Assembly (NCBI GenBank): GCA_018609055.1
Contig: JABAYJ010000006.1
Coordinates: 394,805 to 458,804 of the forward strand
Direction: 5' to 3'
From: Flavobacteriales bacterium
GTDB taxonomy: Bacteria > Bacteroidota > Bacteroidia > Flavobacteriales_D > CAJJDF01
DNA: 64,000 bases
Part shown: positions 8,900 through 20,431 of the stretch, piece after piece
How positions within the stretch are numbered: position 1 is the first letter of the stretch
How the letters are laid out: the number at the start of each line of letters is the position of its first letter
Notes under the pieces: generated by a model
Databases searched by the model: none
The model's input: the letters and a program-made list of their open reading frames with translations, nothing else
Told to the model about the DNA's origin: nothing
Program-made: the position numbers and the translations under genes

Positions 8900-11050
8900 A
8901 TGAATATTATTACAAAAAAGATGAATCTACCAGATGGTAGAGAAATTACAATTCAAACAGGAAAACTTGCTAAACAATCAGATGGAGCAGTTGAAATTAG
9001 AATTGGAGACACGGTATTATTAGCTACTGCGGTTGCTGCAAAAAATGCAAAGCCAGGTGTAGACTTTATGCCACTTACAATTGATTATAGAGAAAAATAT
9101 GCTGCTGCGGGGAAATTCCCAGGAGGATTTTTCAAGAGAGAAGCTAGGCCTTCTGAGTATGAAATATTAACTATGAGATTAGTTGATAGAGCTCTTAGAC
9201 CTCTTTTCCCAGAAGATTTTCATGCAGACACGCAAGTAATGATACAATTATTATCTGCTGATGAGAACATGGCAGATTCTTTAGCTTGTTTCGCAGCATC
9301 TGCTGCACTAGCTTGTTCTGATATTCCTTTCGAAACTCCGGTTTCTGAAGTAAGAATATCTAGAGTAGATGGAGAATTCGTAATTAACCCTACTTACGAA
9401 CAAAACGCTAAAGCTGATATGGACATGGTAATTGCTGGAACAAAAGACAGCATTATGATGGTAGAAGGTGAAATGAGCGAAATCTCTGAAGCTGAAATGA
9501 TTGATGCTATTAAAACTGCACATGTTGTTATAAAAGAACAATGTGCTATTATGGCTGAGTTCATGAAAGAACTAGGTAAAGAAACAAAAAGAGAATACAC
9601 TCACGAAACTCACGATACAGCTGTTGAAGCAAAAATCAAAGCGTTTGCAGTTAGCAAATGTGAAGATGTTGCAAGAGCAGGTCATGCTGATAAAGAATTA
9701 AGAGGTCAATTATTTGGAGCTATTAAAGAAGAATACATTGCTACTTTAAGTGAAGAAGAATTAGAAGCTGAAGGTCCTTTCATTAGCGGATATTTCAAAA
9801 ATGCTCAAAAAGCAGGAATAAGAAATGTTGTATTGAATGAAAAGAAAAGACTTGATGGAAGAAAGACTGACGAAATCAGACCTATCTGGAGTGAAGTAGC
9901 TTACTTACCATCTTGTCACGGTTCTGCTGTATTTACAAGAGGAGAAACTCAATCACTTACTACACTTACTTTAGGTGGAAAGAAAGATGAGCAAAGATTT
10001 GATGGAGCTGTAGAAGAAAAGACTCAAAACTTTACTTTACACTACAACTTCCCTCCTTTCTCAACTGGAGAAGCAAGACCATTAAGAGGAACATCAAGAA
10101 GAGAAGTAGGACACGGAAACTTAGCTCAAAGAGCTTTGAAACAAGTTATCCCAACTGATCCAGATGTAAATCCTTATACAATTAGATTGGTATCTGAAAT
10201 TTTAGAATCTAACGGTTCTTCTTCTATGGCATCAGTTTGTGCAGGTTCACTTGCATTGATGGATGGTGGTATTAAAATTACAAATCCAGTATCTGGAATT
10301 GCAATGGGACTTATCATGAACGAAGAAGGAACATACTCTGTATTATCTGATATCTTAGGAGATGAAGATCATATTGGAGATATGGATTTTAAAGTAACTG
10401 GAACTAAAAATGGAATCACTGCTTGCCAGATGGACATTAAAGTAAAAGGACTTCCTTATACTGTATTAGCTGAAGCTCTTGAACAAGCAAAAGCTGGTAG
10501 ATCTCACATCTTAGGAGAAATGATGAAAACTATCTCTACTCCAAACGAAGAATACAAGCAACATACTCCAAGAATCAAGAGTTTAATTATTCCAGCTGAT
10601 AAGATTGGAGCAATCATTGGTTCAGGAGGAAAAGTAATTCAAGAATTACAAGCTGAAACGAATTCAGAAATTAGTATAGATGAAAATCCAGATGGAGAAA
10701 CTGCAACAGTTTCTGTATTGACTAATGATGGAGACGGAATGGCATTAGCTCTTGAAAAAATTGACTTGATTGTTAACCCTCCTCAAATTGAGGTAGGAAT
10801 GACTTACACTGGTGCAGTGAAATCAATCAAAGAATTTGGATGTTTCGTAGAAGTAGTTCCTGGACAAGATGGATTAATCCATATTTCAGAATTAGCTTGG
10901 GACAAGACGGATAAAGTTGAAGATGTAGTTTCTGTAGGAGAAATGGTTACGTTTAAAGTAACAGGATTTGATCCAAAGAAAAGAAAGCATAAGTTATCTA
11001 GAAAGATTCTTTTAGACAGACCAGAAAGAGCTGAAAAGAAAGAAGATTAA
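8900..11050 (+). CDS. pnp: Polyribonucleotide nucleotidyltransferase (PNPase)
   Basis: 716 aa with two RNase PH-like domains, a KH domain (IGAIIGSGGKVIQEL) and an S1 domain (GAVKSIKEFGCFVEV). Confidence 0.95.
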   Translation: MNIITKKMNLPDGREITIQTGKLAKQSDGAVEIRIGDTVLLATAVAAKNAKPGVDFMPLTIDYREKYAAAGKFPGGFFKREARPSEYEILTMRLVDRALRPLFPEDFHADTQVMIQLLSADENMADSLACFAASAALACSDIPFETPVSEVRISRVDGEFVINPTYEQNAKADMDMVIAGTKDSIMMVEGEMSEISEAEMIDAIKTAHVVIKEQCAIMAEFMKELGKETKREYTHETHDTAVEAKIKAFAVSKCEDVARAGHADKELRGQLFGAIKEEYIATLSEEELEAEGPFISGYFKNAQKAGIRNVVLNEKKRLDGRKTDEIRPIWSEVAYLPSCHGSAVFTRGETQSLTTLTLGGKKDEQRFDGAVEEKTQNFTLHYNFPPFSTGEARPLRGTSRREVGHGNLAQRALKQVIPTDPDVNPYTIRLVSEILESNGSSSMASVCAGSLALMDGGIKITNPVSGIAMGLIMNEEGTYSVLSDILGDEDHIGDMDFKVTGTKNGITACQMDIKVKGLPYTVLAEALEQAKAGRSHILGEMMKTISTPNEEYKQHTPRIKSLIIPADKIGAIIGSGGKVIQELQAETNSEISIDENPDGETATVSVLTNDGDGMALALEKIDLIVNPPQIEVGMTYTGAVKSIKEFGCFVEVVPGQDGLIHISELAWDKTDKVEDVVSVGEMVTFKVTGFDPKKRKHKLSRKILLDRPERAEKKED

Positions 11051-11076
11051 TCTATAGATTATAATTAGTTAGTTAA

Positions 11077-11107
11077 AACCTCAAGTTAATTCTTGAGGTT
11101 TTTTTTA
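11077..11107 (+). terminator. Rho-independent terminator after pnp
   Basis: AACCTCAAG pairs with CTTGAGGTT, followed by a T7 run. Confidence 0.8.
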
Positions 11108-11370
11108 TGTCTAAAAATATTTTGTTTAACTATTATTAAGGATAATTAAACAAAAATTTGGTGGAGGAATCATTTTTGTTTAACTTTATAGTGTAAAGAA
11201 TAAACAAAAACCGATTACTCAATAGAAGTAACCGTTCAATAAATAAAGGTGTTAAATTCTGTTAATCGTTACAAATAAGCGTAACATACCGGAATCTCAC
11301 ACGTTCGTAATATAAGAAAGAAGAATAGTACAAGACCAATAACTTTTATTATTAACTAAATTCCAATACC

Positions 11371-12234
11371 ATGAGACAACTAAAAATAACCAAGCAGATT
11401 ACAAACAGAGAAACACAATCTCTAGATAAGTACTTGTTAGAAATAAGCAAATATGATTTAATCTCAGCAGAAGAAGAAGTGGATCTAGCAGTTAAAATAA
11501 GAGGTGGTGATGAAAATGCATTACAAAAATTAACCAAAGCCAACTTAAGGTTTGTTATATCTGTATCTAAACAATATCAGAACCAAGGATTATCATTATC
11601 CGATTTAATAAACGAAGGAAACTTAGGTTTAATTAAAGCAGCTCAAAGATTTGATGAGAAAAGAGGATTTAAATTTATCTCATACGCAGTTTGGTGGATT
11701 CGTCAATCAATACTACAAGCAATTGCAGAGCATGCAAGAATTGTGAGATTACCTTTAAATAAGATTGGATCAATAAACAAAATAAATAAAGCGTATTCTA
11801 GCCTAGAGCAAGAATATGAAAGACCTCCATCTGCTAGTGAAGTAGCAGAAACTTTAGAGGTTTCTGAAAAAGAAGTAAAGAAAGCGCAACATATTTCTGG
11901 AAGACACGTATCTATGGATGCGCCCCTAGGGAGTGATAGTGAAAACGATATGTATGCCGTATTTGCAAATCCAGACCAGGATTCTAACGAAGATGATTTA
12001 TTAGAAGGTGCTTTAGGTGATGAAATAGGAAGAATATTAGAAACACTATCAGCAAGAGAAACTGACATCATTAAGTTGTATTTTGGAATTGGGCAATCCT
12101 ATCCATTAACACTTGAAGAAATTGGAGACAAGTTTGACTTAACAAGAGAAAGAGTAAGACAATTAAAAGAAAAAGGACTTAGAAAATTAAAACAAAAGTC
12201 TAGAAGCAAATTATTAAAAAGCTACTTAGGATAA
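11371..12234 (+). CDS. rpoD: RNA polymerase primary sigma factor (Bacteroidota sigma-A)
   Basis: 287 aa. Region 2 is [38 protein letters not shown]. Region 4 is [28 protein letters not shown]. Confidence 0.9.
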   Translation: MRQLKITKQITNRETQSLDKYLLEISKYDLISAEEEVDLAVKIRGGDENALQKLTKANLRFVISVSKQYQNQGLSLSDLINEGNLGLIKAAQRFDEKRGFKFISYAVWWIRQSILQAIAEHARIVRLPLNKIGSINKINKAYSSLEQEYERPPSASEVAETLEVSEKEVKKAQHISGRHVSMDAPLGSDSENDMYAVFANPDQDSNEDDLLEGALGDEIGRILETLSARETDIIKLYFGIGQSYPLTLEEIGDKFDLTRERVRQLKEKGLRKLKQKSRSKLLKSYLG

Positions 12235-12304
12235 CATTTATTTGTATTGAGATTGAGTAAAAAAGATAAAAGTAAATTTTCGAAAGAAAACTCCTAAGTA
12301 TTTT

Positions 12305-12341
12305 AAGCCACTAAACATTAATTTGTTAAGTGGCTTTTTTT
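12305..12341 (+). terminator. Rho-independent terminator after rpoD
   Basis: AAGCCACT pairs with AGTGGCTT, followed by a T7 run. Confidence 0.7.
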
Positions 12342-12422
12342 CGCGAATAAACTTTCATGATTTTTGAAAATTGGATAAAAATTACTTTATTGCAGTATAT
12401 TAACCAAAACAAACTATTAATA

Positions 12423-12878
12423 ATGAATGAATCAATACTAGACAATGACCTTTCAAGTGGAGGAGCACAAATTACATCTAAATCACAAGCATTTCTTAAA
12501 GAAACAGCTAAGTGGACTGGGTTTTTATCTATATTAGGTTTTATAGGAGTTGGGTTCATAGTGTTGGCTGCTCTTTTAATGCTTACAGTGGGAAGCTCAT
12601 TTATGGCAAGATCTGGAGGATTTGGAGGAATGCAGGCAGGAATATTAGCTTTTGTATACCTTATCATGGCTGCTATTTATTTCTTCCCTGTTTTGTACAT
12701 GTATAACTTCTCAAAAGAGATGAAGAAAGCAGTGAAATCTGGTAGTGCACAAGATTATGAAAATGGATTTGATTATTTAAAAAGACATTTTAAATATGCA
12801 GGTATTGTTGCAATCGTAATTCTATCTTTATACGTACTTATGTTCTTTGTAGGATTGTTAGGTGCAGCAATGTACTAG
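12423..12878 (+). CDS. Small polytopic membrane protein (DUF5362-like)
   Basis: The track ORF begins at 12357, right after the terminator. ATG 12423 (MNESILD…) is more plausible. Three to four TM helices are predicted by eye. Confidence 0.55.
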   Translation: MNESILDNDLSSGGAQITSKSQAFLKETAKWTGFLSILGFIGVGFIVLAALLMLTVGSSFMARSGGFGGMQAGILAFVYLIMAAIYFFPVLYMYNFSKEMKKAVKSGSAQDYENGFDYLKRHFKYAGIVAIVILSLYVLMFFVGLLGAAMY

Positions 12879-12904
12879 AACTAACCCATTAATATTTACT
12901 TAAA

Positions 12905-12936
12905 CTCCTTTCATGATTTTGAAAGGAGCTTTTTTA
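12905..12936 (+). terminator. Rho-independent terminator
   Basis: CTCCTTTC (12905-12912) pairs with GAAAGGAG (12921-12928), followed by CTTTTTT. Confidence 0.7.
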
Positions 12937-13014
12937 TGTCATTTTTTTAATTAAATAATCTAATCACATGAAAAAGTAAAACAAATTTAATATCGTCATC
13001 CTTGAAATATTTCG

Positions 13015-13022
13015 TAATTTTG
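13015..13022 (+). promoter_or_regulatory. Candidate -7 box (TAATTTTG) for icd
   Basis: Perfect TAnnTTTG 48 nt upstream of the icd ATG. No clean -33 TTTG at canonical spacing. Confidence 0.35.
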
Positions 13023-13033
13023 GACTGTCTTAA

Positions 13034-15295
<2,262 letters not shown>

Positions 15296-15303
15296 ATTTA
15301 ATA

Positions 15304-16017
15304 ATGGTCAAAAAGCAAAAAACATACTTCAATTGGAGTACTGGAAAAGACGCTTCATTGGCCTACTATCATCTTTTAAAAGATGAACGGTTTCAAATAG
15401 ATAAATTAGTTACTTCTATAAACGCACATCACGATCGCGTTTCCATGCACGGACTTAGAAGAGAATTATTAGAGAAACAAGCCCAGGTAATTGGGCTTCC
15501 TCTTGCCACAATTGAACTTCCCGAAGAACCAACTATGGAGGTTTATAATTTAGAAATGGAAACAACCCTTACTAAATTAAAATCTGAAGGATACACCCAC
15601 ACGGGATTTGGAGATATTTTTTTGGAAGACTTACGAGTTTACAGAGAAAACCAATTAAATCAATTTGGAATTCACTGTTCTTTTCCTCTATGGAAGAGAG
15701 ATACAAAAGAAGTAATTGAAGAATTTATAGATCTTGGATTTAAAGCTGTAGTTATCTGCAACAAATCCGAGCTATTGGATGAATCATTTACCGGAAGAGA
15801 AATTGACAGAGACTTCATAAATGACCTACCAAGCAATGTTGATCCTTGTGGAGAAAATGGAGAGTTTCATACCTTTTGTTATGATGGCCCCATTTTTAAA
15901 AAACCTGTAGAGTTTGAAATTGGAGAAAAAATATATCGAGAATACAAAAATCCTAAAAAGGAAGAAAATAAGAGTTCAATGGGATTTTGGTTTTGCGATT
16001 TAATTCCAAATTCATAA
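15304..16017 (+). CDS. Dph6-related N-type ATP pyrophosphatase (MJ0570/DUF71 family)
   Basis: PP-loop-like NWSTGKDAS, then RVSMHGLRRELLEKQA, GDIFLEDLRVYRE and DPCGENGEFHTFCYDGPIF. Confidence 0.75.
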   Translation: MVKKQKTYFNWSTGKDASLAYYHLLKDERFQIDKLVTSINAHHDRVSMHGLRRELLEKQAQVIGLPLATIELPEEPTMEVYNLEMETTLTKLKSEGYTHTGFGDIFLEDLRVYRENQLNQFGIHCSFPLWKRDTKEVIEEFIDLGFKAVVICNKSELLDESFTGREIDRDFINDLPSNVDPCGENGEFHTFCYDGPIFKKPVEFEIGEKIYREYKNPKKEENKSSMGFWFCDLIPNS

Positions 16018-16025
16018 AATACATT

Positions 16026-16898
16026 CTACTTCAAAAAATCAATATTCCTTTTCAATCCATCAAATTTTGTTCGCTTTACAGCCGATTTTTTGAATAAATC
16101 ACGGAATACTTCTTCCGTTAAATCTTCCCAATCCTTTTTATTTAACCCCAATAAATTAGGCTTTGGGTTCAATAACGGTTCATTGTGTGGTTTTGAGAAT
16201 CTATTCCAGGGACACACATCCTGGCAAATGTCGCAACCAAACATCCAGCTTTCCATTTTACCCTGAAACTCTTTGGGGATTATCTCATCTTTAAGCTCAA
16301 TAGTTAAATACGAAATACATTTAGAACCATCTACCACATAAGGCTCAGGAATTGCATCTGTAGGGCATTCGTCAATACAAGCAGTGCATGAACCACAGTA
16401 ATCTTTTACTGGACCGTCAGCCTCTAATTCTAAATCAATAATTAACTCGGCTAAAAAGAAGAATGAACCCGTTTCTTTATTAATCAAGTTTCCATTTTTA
16501 CCAACCCAACCCAATCCACTTTTCTTAGCCCAAGCTCTATCGAGAACTGGTGCAGAATCTACAAATACTCTACCCCCTACTTCACCAATCTCTGCTTGGA
16601 TAAATTTCATCAATTCTTTGAGCTTCCATTTTATTATAAAATGATAATCTTCTCCGTAGGCATATTTAGAAAGTTTGAAAGTATCGTCTATTTGGGTTTT
16701 CTCAGGAAAATAATTAAGCGCTAGAGAAACAACAGATTTTGCTCCGTCTACTAATAAAGTCGGGTCTAATCTTTTGTCAAAATTATTCTCCATGTAATTC
16801 ATGTTTCCATGCATGTTGGACTCTAACCATTTTTCCAATCTTGGTGCTTCTTCTTCCAAAAACTCAGCTTTGGACACACCACAAAACATAAAGCCCAA
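16026..16898 (-). CDS. queG: Epoxyqueuosine reductase
   Basis: Ferredoxin-type cysteine motifs [12 protein letters not shown] and [11 protein letters not shown], plus HGNMNYM. The track start is TTG. The conserved N-terminus continues upstream without an ATG (see findings). Confidence 0.85.
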   Translation of the reverse strand: MGFMFCGVSKAEFLEEEAPRLEKWLESNMHGNMNYMENNFDKRLDPTLLVDGAKSVVSLALNYFPEKTQIDDTFKLSKYAYGEDYHFIIKWKLKELMKFIQAEIGEVGGRVFVDSAPVLDRAWAKKSGLGWVGKNGNLINKETGSFFFLAELIIDLELEADGPVKDYCGSCTACIDECPTDAIPEPYVVDGSKCISYLTIELKDEIIPKEFQGKMESWMFGCDICQDVCPWNRFSKPHNEPLLNPKPNLLGLNKKDWEDLTEEVFRDLFKKSAVKRTKFDGLKRNIDFLK

Positions 16899-16964
16899 CT
16901 CGTGTGCTTTTTGTTTAATAAGGGTTGTATGTTTTTGTTTGGGCGTGATGTTGTTGTTCTATAT

Positions 16965-17825
16965 TTATCTTCCAGGTCCATCTCCAAATCTCATTGGTCT
17001 ATCTGTATTACCTCCGTTTCCAGATCCTCTTCCGTCACCACTTCCTCCTCCTCCAAATGGATTTGTAGGCTTAGGACATGGAACTGTAGTTGGTGCACTT
17101 GCTTTTATATGTCCAGCAACAAAGCTTTCAATTTCTTTGTTACGAACCATATAAGTAGCAAGCATTGTCATAACACTAAATGTTGCATAATTACTCTGGT
17201 ATCTATCAGATAACTTTGGATAAATAATAGCTCCGTAATTAAAAAGATTAAACGAATAATCTCCTACTGGTACTTCGCAATTCTTAACTAGTAGAGTTCC
17301 TATTGTATCTTTTAAATAGTCAAAAAAATCAGGATCAGTATCTGGAGTCATTACTTTTGTTGAGCCATCTTTCATTTTAAATATTAGTTGCTCTTTACTT
17401 CTTGCTTGTAATTCCTTGTCATAAATGGCATGAAAGCACAACATGGAGTTTGTATCTGGAAGTAAATTAACAATAGACTCCGAATATTTTTTCTGCTTTC
17501 TTTTAGATAATTTATGAACTCCTTTTTTCTCAATGAATTCCATGAACTTAATTTGGTCATTAGTCAATAGTTGTTTTTTAGCCTCTATCAAACTATCTAA
17601 ATCACTATAATATTGACCAACATAAGTTGGAATATAAATTCCCATTTTAGCATAACGAATAACGGCTGTGTCAAGAGGAATTGTTTCTATCGCTTTTATG
17701 AGCATTACACTCTTAGCATAAGTGTAATCACTGTTTATTTGATAAACCAAAGGAGCGCTAGAACGTATTTGAGCACTTGAGGTTAAAAAGCAAATTGCAA
17801 AAAGAAAGAATAAAATTGATTTCAT
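16965..17825 (-). CDS. Secreted hypothetical protein with a Gly-rich C-terminal tail
   Basis: Signal peptide MKSILFFLFAICFLTSSAQ (start at 17825 preferred over 17861). The tail is PFGGGGSGDGRGSGNGGNTDRPMRFGDGPGR. No family recognised. Confidence 0.6.
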   Translation of the reverse strand: MKSILFFLFAICFLTSSAQIRSSAPLVYQINSDYTYAKSVMLIKAIETIPLDTAVIRYAKMGIYIPTYVGQYYSDLDSLIEAKKQLLTNDQIKFMEFIEKKGVHKLSKRKQKKYSESIVNLLPDTNSMLCFHAIYDKELQARSKEQLIFKMKDGSTKVMTPDTDPDFFDYLKDTIGTLLVKNCEVPVGDYSFNLFNYGAIIYPKLSDRYQSNYATFSVMTMLATYMVRNKEIESFVAGHIKASAPTTVPCPKPTNPFGGGGSGDGRGSGNGGNTDRPMRFGDGPGR

Positions 17826-18049
17826 CTTTAAAGTTAAATTATATTTTGGCTTAACTAGCATTAATAAGCTAAGTTAACTAATTGTTCCTATTTTAAGAAG
17901 GCTATTGTGAACAGTGAAATTAAATTACTTTTCGTTTTGAAATCTAAAGAAAATTAATTATATTATCTTTATACAATCACAGCTGAAACTCAAAAGGTAA
18001 AACAACATACTTAGTAGAAAGTTTAGTTAAATAAAACACAAAACAATTA

Positions 18050-18502
18050 ATGGGTAAGTCGCAAGAAACATACAACAAGAAAGAGAAAGAAAAAAAACGT
18101 TTAAAAAAACGTCAAGAGAAAGAAGCTAAAAAATTAGCTAGAAAAGAAGAGGAAAAATTATCTGGATTGGATAACATGATGGCTTACGTAGATGAATTTG
18201 GAAACATATCGGATACTCCACCAGACCCAACAAAAAAGAAAAAGGTAATTAAAGCCGAAAACATTGTTATTGGTGTACCAGCTAGAGAGGCTGAACCAGA
18301 AGTAGATCCAATTAGAAAAGGAGCCGTAGAATTTTTCAATAGTGAAAAAGGTTTTGGTTTCATTAAAGAAGACGAAACAGACGAGAAATACTTTGTACAC
18401 GTAAGTAGCTTAACCGAAGAGATTGTAGAAAACGACAAAGTACAATTTGAACTAGAAATGGGGATGAAAGGAATGAATGCTGTAAGAGTTATTAAACTTT
18501 AA
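18050..18502 (+). CDS. Cold-shock-domain protein with a Lys/Glu-rich N-terminal extension
   Basis: The CSD core is KGAVEFFNSEKGFGFIKEDETDEKYFVHVSSL, in the C-terminal half of a 150-aa ORF. Confidence 0.8.
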   Translation: MGKSQETYNKKEKEKKRLKKRQEKEAKKLARKEEEKLSGLDNMMAYVDEFGNISDTPPDPTKKKKVIKAENIVIGVPAREAEPEVDPIRKGAVEFFNSEKGFGFIKEDETDEKYFVHVSSLTEEIVENDKVQFELEMGMKGMNAVRVIKL

Positions 18503-18527
18503 ACCTTAAATCAAGAATAATTTATTT

Positions 18528-18559
18528 AAAACCAGTAAAGAAATTTGCTGGTTTTTTTT
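18528..18559 (+). terminator. Rho-independent terminator after the csp-like gene
   Basis: AAAACCAG pairs with CTGGTTTT, followed by a T-run. Confidence 0.7.
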
Positions 18560-18569
18560 GCATTTAAAA

Positions 18570-19397
18570 TCAATCCAGAGGACTTTTTATCGCTATTAAA
18601 CTATCATTTGCAATGTACGTGTATATCAAAGTAGTTTTTATATTTTGATGTCCCAATAATTTCTGAATGTGAGAAATTCCCACCCCATTTTCCAATAAGT
18701 GTGTTGCGAAGCTATGCCGCAAAGTATGAAGGGTAGCAACTTTATTTATCCTAGCCATAGTCATACTTCTTTTCAAAATTTTTCGAGCACTTCCTGCCGA
18801 ATATTTCCCTCCATTTTGTCCTTCAAACAAATAAACCTTAGGCTCATATTCTTCAAAATATTTCCTTAATACTTTTAATACATTAGAAGAAAGAATAGTC
18901 AACCTATCTTTTTTTCCTTTCGCATGTCTCACATGTACAGTCATTCTCTCCGAATTTATATCGGTCAATTTCAACTCTAACAACTCACCTATTCGCAATC
19001 CACTTCCGTATAACAAACTAAGCAAAGCTTTGTGCTTTAGATTTTTGGTGTGATTGAGAATTAATTTCATCTCATTTACTGTAAGTACATCTGGAATTTT
19101 ATTTTCTCTTTGCGAAACTACCAATTTGCTAAAATCCCTATCCAAATTATAAACCTCTTTATAAAACAGTTTCAAACTCCCAACAACTTGCCTCTGAGTA
19201 GAAGCAGCAATATTTTTTGTATTTACCAAATGGAAAACATAGTTAAACCAATCCTTATCGGTAATAATATTAAAATTTTTATCCTCAAAAAAACCTTGAG
19301 CCATTCTCAAATGAGAAATATAAGAATCAATAGTTTGCTTACTATATCTTTTCAAAAAAAGAATTTTTTCAAAATGTGCTAAAGGATCAATTTTCAT
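18570..19397 (-). CDS. Tyrosine site-specific recombinase (XerC/XerD/phage-integrase family)
   Basis: 275 aa with …GLRIGELLELKL…, HTLRHSFATHLLENGVGISHIQKLLGHQNIKTTLIYTY (R…HxxR…Y catalytic pattern). Confidence 0.85.
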   Translation of the reverse strand: MKIDPLAHFEKILFLKRYSKQTIDSYISHLRMAQGFFEDKNFNIITDKDWFNYVFHLVNTKNIAASTQRQVVGSLKLFYKEVYNLDRDFSKLVVSQRENKIPDVLTVNEMKLILNHTKNLKHKALLSLLYGSGLRIGELLELKLTDINSERMTVHVRHAKGKKDRLTILSSNVLKVLRKYFEEYEPKVYLFEGQNGGKYSAGSARKILKRSMTMARINKVATLHTLRHSFATHLLENGVGISHIQKLLGHQNIKTTLIYTYIANDSLIAIKSPLD

Positions 19398-19548
19398 AAA
19401 GGTGACGTTTACATCCGATTTAGTGCCCTAATCAGCACCTTTCAAATGTACAATAAAAAAATTAATTGAAAATTTATTAACTGACTATAAGCTCACTATC
19501 TTAAAAGTTTCGTAACTTCCGTTGATACACAAGTTGGGCAACATTAAA

Positions 19549-20295
19549 ATGAAGATTATGAGATATATATTTTTACTACTAACCCTGATTTCAATCACAT
19601 CATGTGGTACAGGTAAAAAAGAAACTGCTGACAAGGAGACAAATAAATACAAAGTGGAGTATAACGGTGCGTTAAAAAACATGATGCATAAGGGAGATGT
19701 ATCCGCAAAATCTGATTTGAAAGACTTTGAAACTTCTGAACATTTTTACGCACTTGGCGCACTTGAAAACCTCAAAGGTGAAATACAAATATTTGACAGT
19801 AAGCCATTCAACACAATGGTTGTTGACAGTGCCCTAACCTTTGACAACTCATTTAACAAAAAAGCAACGCTTCTTGTATATGCATCAGTTAGTAAATGGA
19901 AAGCAATTAACATCCCTGATAATGTCGTGACCTATGAGCAATTAGAAAGTTACATAGAACAAACTGCTAAGGACAATCAAATACAAATAGATGAACCATT
20001 CCCATTTTTAATAGAGGGTACAGCTAAGTCATTTGACTGGCACATAATCAACTGGAAAGATGGGGATACAGAGCATTCTCATGAAAAACACATAAGTTCT
20101 GGACTTAATGGAACAATAGAGAATAGACAAGTTGAAATGTTAGGATTCTATTCCGATTCACATCATGCAATTTTCACACATCATACAACCAACATGCATA
20201 TACATGTAAAAACAGTTGACAACAAAATCGCTGGACATGTTGATGGTTTGACTTTAGGTCAAGGGATGATTCTAAAATTGCCGGATACAAAATAA
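19549..20295 (+). CDS. Acetolactate decarboxylase-like lipoprotein
   Basis: Lipobox LISITSC. NGALKNMMHKGDVSAKSDL…FYALGALENLKGEIQIFDSKPF resembles the ALDC family. Start ATG 19549 is preferred over the TTG at 19522. Confidence 0.5.
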   Translation: MKIMRYIFLLLTLISITSCGTGKKETADKETNKYKVEYNGALKNMMHKGDVSAKSDLKDFETSEHFYALGALENLKGEIQIFDSKPFNTMVVDSALTFDNSFNKKATLLVYASVSKWKAINIPDNVVTYEQLESYIEQTAKDNQIQIDEPFPFLIEGTAKSFDWHIINWKDGDTEHSHEKHISSGLNGTIENRQVEMLGFYSDSHHAIFTHHTTNMHIHVKTVDNKIAGHVDGLTLGQGMILKLPDTK

Positions 20296-20431
20296 AAACG
20301 ATTGCCCAACAAAGTGTAAAAATGCATTAATACGCATTTTACACGCAACGTTATAATTAATAAGATGAAAAAAGTTCTTTGTTCCACAAATTTAGAGTTT
20401 TAATGGGCACAGCTGACAATCCTCTGAAAAC

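Noticed and set aside
9308-9600. Minus-strand ORFs (77 and 68 aa) inside pnp.
   Set aside because: They are antisense shadows of a highly conserved gene.
11352-12071. Minus-strand ORFs (63 and 122 aa) overlapping rpoD.
   Set aside because: They are antisense to the sigma factor gene. The Ser-rich composition reflects the complement of Glu/Leu/Arg codons.
12326-12706. A 113-aa minus-strand ORF and a 64-aa plus-strand alternative-frame ORF overlapping the membrane-protein gene.
   Set aside because: The plus-strand frame starting at 12423 gives coherent TM helices, and the others do not. The minus ORF also runs through the rpoD terminator.
16801-17213. Plus-strand Pro/Ser-rich ORFs (117 and 103 aa) spanning the queG start and the end of the neighbouring gene.
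   Set aside because: They are the complement of the Gly-rich tail (GGN codons read as NCC, giving Pro/Ser) and they bridge two real minus-strand genes.
18574-20429. Imperfect inverted match TCCAGAGGA / TCCTCTGAA at the outer ends of the integrase-to-ruvB interval, considered as island boundaries.
   Set aside because: The match is 8 of 9 with a mismatch, and both copies lie in or at the 3' ends of coding sequences. This is weaker than the 9-bp perfect pair reported as a finding.
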